Assembly (NCBI GenBank): GCA_051859245.1
Contig: JBHYGA010000001.1
Span: 448,001-512,000, forward strand
Source of the DNA: Gemmatimonadaceae bacterium
Lineage (GTDB): Bacteria > Gemmatimonadota > Gemmatimonadetes > Gemmatimonadales > Gemmatimonadaceae
Length of the DNA stretch: 64,000 bases
Direction of reading: 5' to 3'
A program made the translations under genes and the position numbers. Shown in pieces: positions 9,677 through 18,732 of this stretch. Under the pieces are notes generated by a model. The model had not been told where the DNA came from, did not search any database, and was given only the letters and a program-made list of their open reading frames with translations. Each line of letters begins with the position of its first letter. Position 1 is the first letter of the stretch.

Positions 9677-10318
9677 CTACGCGACGAATCCGACGATCAC
9701 GCGGAGCACCCGCCACGCTGGACCGCTGCGCTCCAGCGATACTGTGTAGCTGCCGCCACACATGCCATCACATCCGAATGTGACATACACCAGAGCGCGC
9801 GTGTAATCGAGATTGTATCCAACCGACGTAAAGCCGACCAGCGTTTTTGCGGGCGCGAACTCGCGGTGAAAACGCTTCCAGTACGCACTGGTCGGCGTGA
9901 TGTATTTTTGCGGATCCGTTTGCTGGTCCCGTTCGGCCAATGCGTACATCTCAGCCAGCGACGCGCTGTCGGCGAGCGCAATGGTGGCGGCACTGTTCGC
10001 CTGAACGTCGGCGAATACCGGCCTGATGGTGCCAGCAGCTACGGCACGATCCCAGAAGTGTTTGGCAAACGCGCGATCGCCCTCGGCGAGGGAGTTGATG
10101 TCGCCTACAAATTCTTGCGCAACTCGATCCACGAGCAGCGATGTCAGTTGGTCCTCCACCACAACGCCACTCTTTCCGAGCGATTGGCGGGAGAAGAGCG
10201 AGTCGATCACGGCTGCGTAAACGGCGCCGTCGTGCAGGCGTTCGGCGCGGTCCTGCGGGGCGCAAGCGACGAGGCCGACGCTCGGAACTGCGATGAATGC
10301 GGAGACACGAAGGGGCAT
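9677..10318 (-). CDS. Hypothetical lipoprotein
   Basis: Lipobox LVAC; C-terminal 'VGYNLDYTRALVYVTFGCDGMCGG' (CxxxC) motif. Confidence 0.7.
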   Translation of the reverse strand: MPLRVSAFIAVPSVGLVACAPQDRAERLHDGAVYAAVIDSLFSRQSLGKSGVVVEDQLTSLLVDRVAQEFVGDINSLAEGDRAFAKHFWDRAVAAGTIRPVFADVQANSAATIALADSASLAEMYALAERDQQTDPQKYITPTSAYWKRFHREFAPAKTLVGFTSVGYNLDYTRALVYVTFGCDGMCGGSYTVSLERSGPAWRVLRVIVGFVA

Positions 10319-10488
10319 GGCTGGACTTTCGCTCGTTTGATATACGATTCCGCGTGCCCTTCGATCAACGGACGCGCTCCGGTGGCGGTTTCCAGATTAC
10401 GTCCACGTCTTAAGAACAGCAATGTGGAAGCTAACCGCCGACTCGGCCCTGGTGTGCCGCCGGTGTCGACCGCGACTAGTTTGCATTC

Positions 10489-11418
10489 GTGAAGAAACGC
10501 CGATTTGCTCTGTTGGTGGCATTGCCGATGGCTGTGATCGCATCTGCCATCATGCTGTACACACCAGACGCCTCGCGCAGCGCGCTTGAGGCACGCTACC
10601 TTGAAGATCCCGCACACCTGCGCACCATCGCCGGCATGACGGTGCATGTGCGCGACAACGGACCGCGCGATGCTCCCGCGCTCATTCTGCTGCACGGTAT
10701 GGGCGCGAGCCTGGACACCTGGGAGCCGTGGGCGCGCGCGCTCGCTGACAGCTTTCGCGTCATTCGCTTTGACCTGCCCGGGCACGGTCTCACCCCCGCC
10801 GATCCCACCGGTGACTATCGCGACACACGCAGCCACGCGATTCTCGCTGCGCTCATGGACACACTCGGCGTCTCACGCGCCACGCTGATCGGCAACTCCA
10901 TGGGCGGCCGCATTGCGTGGTCATTCGCGGCGGAACGTCCGGAACGTGTCGACAAACTTGTACTCATTTCGCCCGACGGCTTTGCGAGTCCCGGGTTTGC
11001 GTACGACACACCCGCCGAGGTGCCGGCGTCGATGGGACTAATGCGTTATGTGCTGCCGCGGTGGATGCTGCGCATGACGCTTGCGCCGGCATATGCGAAT
11101 CCGGAGGTGATGACGGATAGTCTGGCCTCGCGGTATCACGACTTTTTGATAGCGCCTGGTGCACGAGAGGCGATGCTGGCGCGTATGCAGCAGACGGTGC
11201 TCAGGGATCCGGTGCCGCGACTAAAGCGCATTCAGGCAGAGACCTTGCTGCTGTGGGGCGAGCTTGATGCGATGATCCCGATCCGTAATGCGCAGGACTA
11301 TCTGGATGTGCTGCCGAACGCGCGGCTGGTGCGGCTGCCGGGGTTGGGGCATTTGCCGTTTGAGGAGGCGCCGGAACCTGCATTGACGCCGCTTCGCACA
11401 TTCTTGATCGGGCAGTAG
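10489..11418 (+). CDS. Alpha/beta fold hydrolase
   Basis: 'LLHGMG', 'FDLPGHG', GNSMGG, 'DAMIP', 'GHLPFEE'. Confidence 0.93.
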   Translation: MKKRRFALLVALPMAVIASAIMLYTPDASRSALEARYLEDPAHLRTIAGMTVHVRDNGPRDAPALILLHGMGASLDTWEPWARALADSFRVIRFDLPGHGLTPADPTGDYRDTRSHAILAALMDTLGVSRATLIGNSMGGRIAWSFAAERPERVDKLVLISPDGFASPGFAYDTPAEVPASMGLMRYVLPRWMLRMTLAPAYANPEVMTDSLASRYHDFLIAPGAREAMLARMQQTVLRDPVPRLKRIQAETLLLWGELDAMIPIRNAQDYLDVLPNARLVRLPGLGHLPFEEAPEPALTPLRTFLIGQ

Positions 11419-11420
11419 CC

Positions 11421-11837
11421 CTACTTCAACCCACCCCGCGCCCGCGCAACCCTACCACCAAACCACGCGCTCGGCAGCGGCACCAGCACACTCGCCACCA
11501 TCATCCAGATCGGATGCGGCAACTGTACGAGATTGATGATCACCAGCACCAGACTGATCTGACCAATCACGAGTGCGGGCATCAACCCGCGGTTCGGCGC
11601 AAGCTTTGACGCAACGAATGCACCGCCAAAGTTGCCGGCCGCGTACGACAGCAGCACCATCAACATAGCGGTAATGGGTACGCCGCCGCCGGTGAGGTAA
11701 TTGCGCATCTGCATCATGTTGCTCGCGTCGATTCCGGGTGGCAGTGGGTGCATCAGTGTGCTGACAAACTGCACACCGGCAACGAGCGCCGTGTGAACGA
11801 TGAGGCCAATCAACAGCGCAAAGAGAAGGCGACCCAT
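11421..11837 (-). CDS. Hypothetical four-TM membrane protein
   Basis: Hydrophobic helices; 'HPLPPGID', 'NLVQLPHPIWM'; GGAG RBS. Confidence 0.8.
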   Translation of the reverse strand: MGRLLFALLIGLIVHTALVAGVQFVSTLMHPLPPGIDASNMMQMRNYLTGGGVPITAMLMVLLSYAAGNFGGAFVASKLAPNRGLMPALVIGQISLVLVIINLVQLPHPIWMMVASVLVPLPSAWFGGRVARARGGLK

Positions 11838-12035
11838 CTGAACTCCGGTCCAAAGATGCAGGCAATCGACGCGCCGAGTTGAAGCGCCTAGCTCACCCGT
11901 CGGTATTCAATATGCGCCGTGTGCGTCAGATGCACTTCATGTCAGCGCATCAGGGAATCGTCGGTTGAACGCTACTTCCCGTGTTGGGTGTCGAAGAAGA
12001 GAGCATCGCGCCTTACTCACTCCCGGTCAATACGC

Positions 12036-13019
12036 GTGGCAACTCTCCCCATTCTCGGATCCATTCTGCTCGCCGTCAGCATACTCTCCGTAGCTGACCC
12101 TGACTTTACCGAGCGCGAAGTCGTCGTGGGGTCCGGCGAATGGTCCGTGCCCGGCGTGCTTACACTCCCCGCAGGCCGCAACGCGCGCGCAGCGGCAGTC
12201 CTGCTACACGGCTCCGGGCCCGGTCCGGCCGACAATCTCAAGGAAGAGGCGCACGGACTGGCACGTCGGGGCGTCGCCACGCTGCGCTACACAAAACGTC
12301 CAACCGCACATGCCGCCAGCTATCGTGCACTTGGGCGACGCGCCACGTTGGCTGAAGAACACATTGACGATGCCGTGCTCGCGACCGAGCTACTCAAGCG
12401 CGTCCCCGAAGTGGCTCGGTTGCCACTTTTCGTGATTGGGCACAGTCAGAGCACCGCGATCGCACCTCTTGTTGCTGAGCGTGTTGCCGGACTCTCCGGA
12501 ATCGTGCTCGTTGCTGCGTCGTCGCGGGCTCCCGCTGATATGATCGAATCGCAGGTGCGTTACGTTGGGCAACTCCCCACGGACAGCGCCGGAGCTGAGG
12601 ACGTGAAGCGGACCCTTGCCGCCGTCACCCAAATGCGCACCGCATCTACTCCCGATACCGCGCGTGTACTCGGATTGCCCATGTCGTACTGGCGAGAGCT
12701 GACGAACCTGAATGTGTTTCAGCTGACGCAATCGTTTCTCGCGCGCGAAGGTCGCTTGCTCGTGATTCACGGCGGACGCGACTATCTCGTGACGGATGCC
12801 GATTTTGACGCGTGGAAGGCTCGGTATGCGCATCAGCCGTTGGCACGCTTCATTCGATTTGCCGAGCTGAATCACATGATGCAGGCGGGCGAAGGTCGAA
12901 TGACACCTGCCGAATATTCAGAGGGTCGTCCGCTCTTTCCAGCGTATCTCGATTCGCTGTCGGTATGGATGCAGCAACCGGGACGCCGCTCGCATAGTGA
13001 GCGCGGCCGAAAGGATTGA
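12036..13019 (+). CDS. Alpha/beta hydrolase, exported
   Basis: 'PGVLTLP', 'LLHGSGP', 'LRYTKR', GHSQS elbow, 'GGRDYLV', 'LNHMM'. Start uncertain. Confidence 0.8.
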   Translation: MATLPILGSILLAVSILSVADPDFTEREVVVGSGEWSVPGVLTLPAGRNARAAAVLLHGSGPGPADNLKEEAHGLARRGVATLRYTKRPTAHAASYRALGRRATLAEEHIDDAVLATELLKRVPEVARLPLFVIGHSQSTAIAPLVAERVAGLSGIVLVAASSRAPADMIESQVRYVGQLPTDSAGAEDVKRTLAAVTQMRTASTPDTARVLGLPMSYWRELTNLNVFQLTQSFLAREGRLLVIHGGRDYLVTDADFDAWKARYAHQPLARFIRFAELNHMMQAGEGRMTPAEYSEGRPLFPAYLDSLSVWMQQPGRRSHSERGRKD

Positions 13020-13035
13020 GTTACCGACTGATGTC

Positions 13036-13497
13036 TCACGGATCTGACCGCAGCAACTCCGCAAGCTTGGCGAGCGATTCGTTCCATCCAGCCTCATTAT
13101 CCGACGGCGCCACTCCTGGTGGCAGATTCTCGTGCACGGCCGTCAAGCGCGTGCCGTTGCCCTCCGGCTCGAGCTGCGTTGTGATTCGCATCTCGCCTTG
13201 CATTTGCGGGTCCGTTGTCTCGAACTCCATGCATTCCACAATGCGCTCGTGTTCGACGAGCTGCTCAAACCGTCCGTGATATGTGTCGGTATGCGCGCTC
13301 GACTTGCCCGTTGCATCCGGCGCATCGTACGTAAGCGACACGCGAAACACGCCGCCTTCGCGCGCCTCAAACTCATGCACCGCGCAGCGCATTCCCAACG
13401 GCACGCGCCAGCGCGGAATTAGCTGCGGGTCAAGCAGCGCCGCATACACGCTCGCGGGCGATGCGTTGATTCGAACTGAATGGTGTGTGGTTCCCAA
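13036..13497 (-). CDS. SRPBCC family protein
   Basis: 'VYAALLDP..IPRWRVP.GM', 'GKSSAHTDTYHGRF', 'DNEAGW'. Confidence 0.9.
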   Translation of the reverse strand: MGTTHHSVRINASPASVYAALLDPQLIPRWRVPLGMRCAVHEFEAREGGVFRVSLTYDAPDATGKSSAHTDTYHGRFEQLVEHERIVECMEFETTDPQMQGEMRITTQLEPEGNGTRLTAVHENLPPGVAPSDNEAGWNESLAKLAELLRSDP

Positions 13498-13505
13498 GAA
13501 TCGTC

Positions 13506-15470
13506 CTACCTCGGCAACGCGTACGCCACAATCTCCGCCGGCTGTCCCGCCGCCGTTGTCGCAAATACCACGTACTGCCGGCCATTGTGCAGATACGTCA
13601 TCGGCAATCCCGACTGCGTACCACTCGGCACATCAAGTCGCGCAATGCGTGCACCTGTGCGCTTGTTCAGCACCCACAAGTTGCCAGTCCCCGCCGTACC
13701 CTCACCCGCGAACAACAGCGTGCGTGTCACCAGCAAGCCCGCACGCGACGCCTTGCCGGTATTCGGGATGCTAGCCGGCGGCAGCTGCAGTCGTTCAGCG
13801 ACATACGAAGGCGTGTCACCATTCGGCACCATCCACGCGTGGTCGCCGGTGGTGAGATTGATCGCCGTAATGCGACCCCAGGGTGGCTTCACAATGGGAA
13901 CACCTGGCGCGAGCTGCCCGCGTCCGCCACCGGCGATGTAGTTCATGTCAGACGCGCGACCACCAGCCACAAGCGAGAGAAATGACGGTGCCGTCACCGA
14001 CGGCACGTACAGGTATCCCGTTTCAGGATCGAGCGCGCCGCCTTCCCAGTTGGCACCACCGAGTGCAGATGGCAATGTGATCGTGCCTTTGGTGCTGTCG
14101 GCGGCGTTCTGCAGTGAGGGCGGGGAATACAGCGGCCCCCAGCGAAACTGACTCGCGATATCCTTGGCGCGCTTGAAAATCTCCGGCGTGAAATCGAGCA
14201 GATCGGACTCACTGAATCCCTGCCGTTCAAATGGCGCGGGCTTGGTGGGGAACGGTTGCGTAGGACTGTACCATTCGCCGGGCACGTCGCCTTTGGGAAC
14301 GGGTCGTTCTTCGATCGGCCAGATCGCTTCGCCCGTCACGCGATCAAGTACAAACACAAACCCTTGCTTCGTGATCTGCGCAATGATCTTTCGTGCGCGT
14401 CCGCCAATTGTCAGATCCGCGAGAATTGGTGCGTTGGTGTTGTCCCAATCCCAGATGTCGTGGTGAATGGTCTGGAAATGCCACACACGTTTGCCGGTGC
14501 GTGCGTCGAGTGTGAGAATGCTCGTGGAGAAGAGATTGTTGCCCGGCCGGTGTCCGCCGTAGTAATCGCCTGTGGCGGCTTCGGTCGGTAGATACACATA
14601 ACCAAGCTCTGCGTCCCACGAGATCTGCGCCCACACCGCCGTGTTGCCGGTGTAAGACCACGAACTGTCGAGCCACGTGTCGTTGCCAAGCTCGCCCGGC
14701 TCCGGAATCGTGTGAAACGTCCAGAGCAATCGTCCGGTGCGCGCATCGAATCCGCGTATGTCACCGGGAATGTTCACTTTTGACGGCGGACGCAGCCCCA
14801 CGTGCAACGCTGCGCCCACCACCAACACATCACCAATCACGGCTGCGGGCGAGCTCGCACCAATGGAGCCCACCGGTGACACGCCGTCGCGCGTGCGCAG
14901 ATTCTTGTGCAGGTCGACGATCCCGTTGCTGCCAAAGCCGCTGATCACGTTGCCCGTTGCAGCGTTGAGTGCAACGAGTTGGTAGCCCGGCGTGACCACG
15001 TAAATGCGATCATCTCCTTTGCCGTCCGACCAGAACGACACACCGCGCCCCGAGTTCACGCGCGGCGCTTCGGCGATGCGCTCGCCTTCGTCAATGCGAT
15101 AGGTCCAAACTGTTTCGCCAGTAGCCGGGTCAATTGCAACTACGTTGCGCCGAGTGCCGGCGGTGGCGTACAGCATGCCGTTGGCGAAGATGGGCGTAGT
15201 CTGGCTCGCGGCGAGCGGGTTGGGACCCTGATTGCGAGCACTCCAACGCCAGGCAACCGCCAGCTTATCGGCGTTTGACGAATCAATCTGATCAAGCGAC
15301 GAGTATCGCGTGTGCCCTGCATCTCCGCCGTACACACGCCACTCGGCGCCGGTGCCTCGCTGCGCACTGGCGAGTGCCGGGAGCGCTAGCGCAGCCACCG
15401 CAAGCGCAGCCAGCGCTGCGGTCGTGCCGCGTAACGCCACGGTGGGTCGGATCGCGAACAGTCGTGCCAT
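13506..15470 (-). CDS. PQQ-dependent dehydrogenase (glucose/quinate family, soluble periplasmic type)
   Basis: Signal peptide, 'W..YGGD...TRYSSLDQI', 'WHFQTIHHDIWDWD', 'GGANWEG', 'KPPWGRITAINL', 'PMTY..NGRQYVV'. Confidence 0.93.
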   Translation of the reverse strand: MARLFAIRPTVALRGTTAALAALAVAALALPALASAQRGTGAEWRVYGGDAGHTRYSSLDQIDSSNADKLAVAWRWSARNQGPNPLAASQTTPIFANGMLYATAGTRRNVVAIDPATGETVWTYRIDEGERIAEAPRVNSGRGVSFWSDGKGDDRIYVVTPGYQLVALNAATGNVISGFGSNGIVDLHKNLRTRDGVSPVGSIGASSPAAVIGDVLVVGAALHVGLRPPSKVNIPGDIRGFDARTGRLLWTFHTIPEPGELGNDTWLDSSWSYTGNTAVWAQISWDAELGYVYLPTEAATGDYYGGHRPGNNLFSTSILTLDARTGKRVWHFQTIHHDIWDWDNTNAPILADLTIGGRARKIIAQITKQGFVFVLDRVTGEAIWPIEERPVPKGDVPGEWYSPTQPFPTKPAPFERQGFSESDLLDFTPEIFKRAKDIASQFRWGPLYSPPSLQNAADSTKGTITLPSALGGANWEGGALDPETGYLYVPSVTAPSFLSLVAGGRASDMNYIAGGGRGQLAPGVPIVKPPWGRITAINLTTGDHAWMVPNGDTPSYVAERLQLPPASIPNTGKASRAGLLVTRTLLFAGEGTAGTGNLWVLNKRTGARIARLDVPSGTQSGLPMTYLHNGRQYVVFATTAAGQPAEIVAYALPR

Positions 15471-15609
15471 CTATGTGCTCCACACGTTGTGAAGGAGTAT
15501 CGAAGCAAATCGAATGCGCCTCCAAGCTGCCGTGCGGGTGCCGGTCTCGCTAGGGAGTACCGCCCCCCCCCGTCTTCCGCTCCGCGAGCATTGGTGCAGA
15601 TTCTGCGCC

Positions 15610-16308
15610 ATGAGACACTCTCGCCAACCGTTCCCGGTCGTGACGTCACGCGGGTTATGCCGGTGGGTGCGTACGCTGTTGGTACTGACGGCCACGTTGA
15701 CACAGGCGACGACGCTGTCTGCGCAAGCGCACCAACATGCCGCCGAGCCACGATCGCGTGACGCGCAACTGGAGTTGGTACTCGGCGGTCCGCACCTGAT
15801 TCTCTATCACCGCGGTTATCTCGCACTCGGAGACGCGCAAATCACCGGGCTGCAGCGTCTGCAACGCTCAGTGTGCGACGCGGAACAGTGGTACGTGGAA
15901 GAGACCGCGAGGTGGCGCAAGCGACTCGTCGTACTGCTTGATGACACGGCGCCGCTGCCGTCGAGAGCGACGATTGATGCGACGAAGCCCACACGTCTCA
16001 ACCAAGCGATGATCGACATCGCATCCGTTGAGTCCGCGTGGCTTACCGTGTTGCTGCACGCGCGCCGTGATGCATTAGCGCTGCTCACGGTAACGCAGCG
16101 TGCGCAACTCGAACAGTTACGCAACCACTGGCTGCGCGAGTCGGTGTTGATGATCGAAGAGGCCACGCGCCCCGGACAGCGCGGTCATCCGGGGACACAG
16201 ATTCCGATTCGGGTGCCAGGAATGGTTGTGCACACCACAACATTGTTGCCGCATTGTGAATCGCTGCACGGGCCGTCTCGCCACATTGTGATTCCGCCGC
16301 CGCGCTGA
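15610..16308 (+). CDS. Hypothetical exported helical protein (possibly Spy/CpxP-like), His-rich
   Basis: Signal ending LSA-Q, then 'AHQH'; 'ILYHRGYLALGDAQI' and 'ALLTVTQRAQL' resemble LTxxQ motifs. Confidence 0.6.
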   Translation: MRHSRQPFPVVTSRGLCRWVRTLLVLTATLTQATTLSAQAHQHAAEPRSRDAQLELVLGGPHLILYHRGYLALGDAQITGLQRLQRSVCDAEQWYVEETARWRKRLVVLLDDTAPLPSRATIDATKPTRLNQAMIDIASVESAWLTVLLHARRDALALLTVTQRAQLEQLRNHWLRESVLMIEEATRPGQRGHPGTQIPIRVPGMVVHTTTLLPHCESLHGPSRHIVIPPPR

Positions 16309-16310
16309 GG

Positions 16311-16350
16311 ACGCGTTCAACACGCGTTCAACACGCGTGATGACACGCGA
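16311..16350. repeat. Short intergenic tandem repeat
   Basis: ACGCGTTCAAC x2 followed by two degenerate ACGCG units, between convergent genes. Confidence 0.6.
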
Positions 16351-16359
16351 CCAAGCGCG

Positions 16360-17208
16360 TCAATCCGTGACTTTCACCTTCACATAGCCGTTCGTCCAGC
16401 AACATTGCTGACCCAGCGCACTATCTGTAATGCCAAAGTTGTCCACGCGCACGCGCAACATGTACTCACCGGGCGCGCTGAATCGTACGGACGTTGTCGC
16501 GTCGCCGCCGCCTGGTGCCGTCTTCGCAGTTTTCGGCGCAAACGTGACATCGCCAGGCCCCTGATGTTTGAACCACGACATGTTCACAGGAATCGGTTTA
16601 CGCTCGCCGCGATCTTCCATCCAGATGCGAATATCGAGCGCTGCACCGACGGCCACAGTGAGCGGACCAGTGATCACGCCCTCGCGACCCTCTGATGCGG
16701 GGCCGTCTGCTGCAAACCGCACCACCGGCATCATTGATCCGGCCGCCTGCGGCGTGTACGACAGCTTGTAGTAGTCACTCGTGGCGCGCCCCGGCACGGA
16801 GTATGTCACACCGTTATGCCGCAGCGTCCACACCACATCGCTTTTGTGTCCCTTGGGCACTCTCACCGCAAACGCGCCGCGCTCGCGTTTACCGCCGAAC
16901 GCGGAGTAGCTCACCACCGGGAAGTGTGTGGGTTGTAATCCCCCAAACTGCGCCGGCTCGATGCTGTTATCGGGCCCGATCGGTATGTCTATAGCGCCAC
17001 TGCGATTGCGGTTCATGAATCCGAACGACAGCGTGATGCTTCCATCGGGATTCGCGTACCAACCATCAAAGTACGGTGCGACGCCGGCGCCCGCGGGTGC
17101 GCTCGGCCCAAGCGGCAATCGCTCGCTCTGTTGCGCGGCGAGCGGCACTGCGATGGGCGCAGCGCTTGAGACAAACGTGCACAGCGCAACGATGGCGCGC
17201 AGTCTCAC
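16360..17208 (-). CDS. Exported hypothetical protein with C-terminal PKD/Ig-like domain and vicinal Cys pair
   Basis: Signal peptide; 'PYFDGWYANPDGS', 'QPTHF', 'WFKHQGPGDVTF', 'FSAPGEYMLRV', 'QCCWTN'. GTGA overlap with the upstream gene. Confidence 0.8.
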   Translation of the reverse strand: MRLRAIVALCTFVSSAAPIAVPLAAQQSERLPLGPSAPAGAGVAPYFDGWYANPDGSITLSFGFMNRNRSGAIDIPIGPDNSIEPAQFGGLQPTHFPVVSYSAFGGKRERGAFAVRVPKGHKSDVVWTLRHNGVTYSVPGRATSDYYKLSYTPQAAGSMMPVVRFAADGPASEGREGVITGPLTVAVGAALDIRIWMEDRGERKPIPVNMSWFKHQGPGDVTFAPKTAKTAPGGGDATTSVRFSAPGEYMLRVRVDNFGITDSALGQQCCWTNGYVKVKVTD

Positions 17209-18587
17209 CTTTTCGCCCGCTTCGCGAGCAACTGCTGATACGCCGCTTCATCCAGCTGCGTCACCGCAATCCACGCGTGACTCATCTCGTCTGTGGTCCG
17301 ATCACCCATGCCCACCCATTGGTCCGGGTCCGGATTGAAGATGTTTTTCGATGTGTTGTCGTACCACGCGGTGTTGATGATCACGGATCCTGCGGGCAGC
17401 AGCGGCGCGGCGGACTCCTGATACACGTGACTATGGTGCCAGCCGGGATTCCAGTTCGACACCATGCTGAGCGTCTCGCGACGGCCGTCGGGATACAGTA
17501 CTTCCAGCCGTTTTGCGACGAGACGCAAATGCCCGTGCGGTTGCCACGAGTCAATGCGCACGGGTGTGTTGAATCGATGAAATCCTTGCGTTACCAGCTT
17601 GCCATTCGGTTCGATTTCAAAGTCTCCCGATCCGCTCTGCAAGGCGTAGAGGCCGAGCGTTTGACGATGACGTGTTTGCGGCGTGACCTCGGGCCCGTGG
17701 AACCAGATGCCGATTTCGAGTTGGTCGTCGACGATTTCTTTCCCATTCGGGAAGTAATGAATGTCGAACAACACGTTCGATCCGGCGGGCGCAATTCGAC
17801 ACGCATCGGCCGGCACCACTTCACCAATCTTTCCAAGCGCGTATTCAGAGAGTCGCACGCTTCCCGGACCACCGCCACCTACTGCGTCTGGTTCGGCGTC
17901 TGATGTGCCAGGCACGAAAATAGAATTCGCGTGATGCGTGACCGAACGTCCGGCGACACTCGGGCGCGTCTCTACCGCTTTGATGCATCGATCGTTGGTG
18001 ATGCCACTCGGCACGGATGGCCTCCACCAACGATCCTGACCACTTGCCGGCACGGTGTACTTCGATGCCTTCACAATCAGATCGGGCGGGCCGTATGTAG
18101 CGGCTAGGCGATACGCTGACGGATCGGGCAGCGTTGGCGCCGGTGGCATGTCGGCCGGATTACCTTCGGGCATGCCGGCGTCCACCCACTGCACAATCGT
18201 GGCGATGTCGCGCTCCGAAAGACGCCAGTCGTGCTGCAGCTGCTGAATGCCAATGTGCGCGTCGTACTGATACGGCGGCATCTCGCGTGACTGCACCATC
18301 TGCTTGATGAGCGGACCGTCACGCCGAACGTGCTGATACGTGAGCAGCGACATCGGACCGATGCCGCCTGGCGAGTGACAGTTCTGACAGTTCTTTTGAA
18401 TGATCGGCGCAACGTCACGCGAGAAGTTGACGGCGGTCGTGTCCACGACGCGCGGAGCGATGTGAGGAGACTCGCGCAACGCACCAGCGGCGGGTGTGAC
18501 CCGAAGTGCCGCGGTCAGAACAACGGCTGTTGCGCATGAGACAGCGAGTGAGAGACGCCAACGTCGCGTGCTGGTGGGTTGCATCAC
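17205..18587 (-). CDS. Cytochrome c / copper type II (PHM/DBH-like) monooxygenase fusion
   Basis: CQNCH heme motif (aa 67-71) plus 'EMPP'; Cu ligands 'THHAN', 'DIHYF', 'PHGHL', 'DEMSH'. Confidence 0.85.
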   Translation of the reverse strand: MMQPTSTRRWRLSLAVSCATAVVLTAALRVTPAAGALRESPHIAPRVVDTTAVNFSRDVAPIIQKNCQNCHSPGGIGPMSLLTYQHVRRDGPLIKQMVQSREMPPYQYDAHIGIQQLQHDWRLSERDIATIVQWVDAGMPEGNPADMPPAPTLPDPSAYRLAATYGPPDLIVKASKYTVPASGQDRWWRPSVPSGITNDRCIKAVETRPSVAGRSVTHHANSIFVPGTSDAEPDAVGGGGPGSVRLSEYALGKIGEVVPADACRIAPAGSNVLFDIHYFPNGKEIVDDQLEIGIWFHGPEVTPQTRHRQTLGLYALQSGSGDFEIEPNGKLVTQGFHRFNTPVRIDSWQPHGHLRLVAKRLEVLYPDGRRETLSMVSNWNPGWHHSHVYQESAAPLLPAGSVIINTAWYDNTSKNIFNPDPDQWVGMGDRTTDEMSHAWIAVTQLDEAAYQQLLAKRAKR

Positions 18588-18670
18588 GAACCTCGGAGGG
18601 TCGGGTTGCGGAGAACGTCGCGCTCAGTGCTGACGGCGGCGCGCGTCAAATAGGGCGCCAAAACGCCGCG

Positions 18671-18712
18671 GGCGCCAGCACCCCCGCCGCTTGAGCAAGG
18701 GGTGCTGGCGCC
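18671..18712 (-). terminator. GC-rich hairpin downstream of the PEP-CTERM gene
   Basis: 14-bp stem GGCGCCAGCACCCC/GGGGTGCTGGCGCC; the U-tract is short and offset. Confidence 0.5.
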
Positions 18713-18732
18713 AGCTCAGCGCACACTCCGTA

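Noticed and set aside
16311..16350. Repeats as a mini CRISPR array
   Set aside because: 11-bp units with no spacers and no cas genes.
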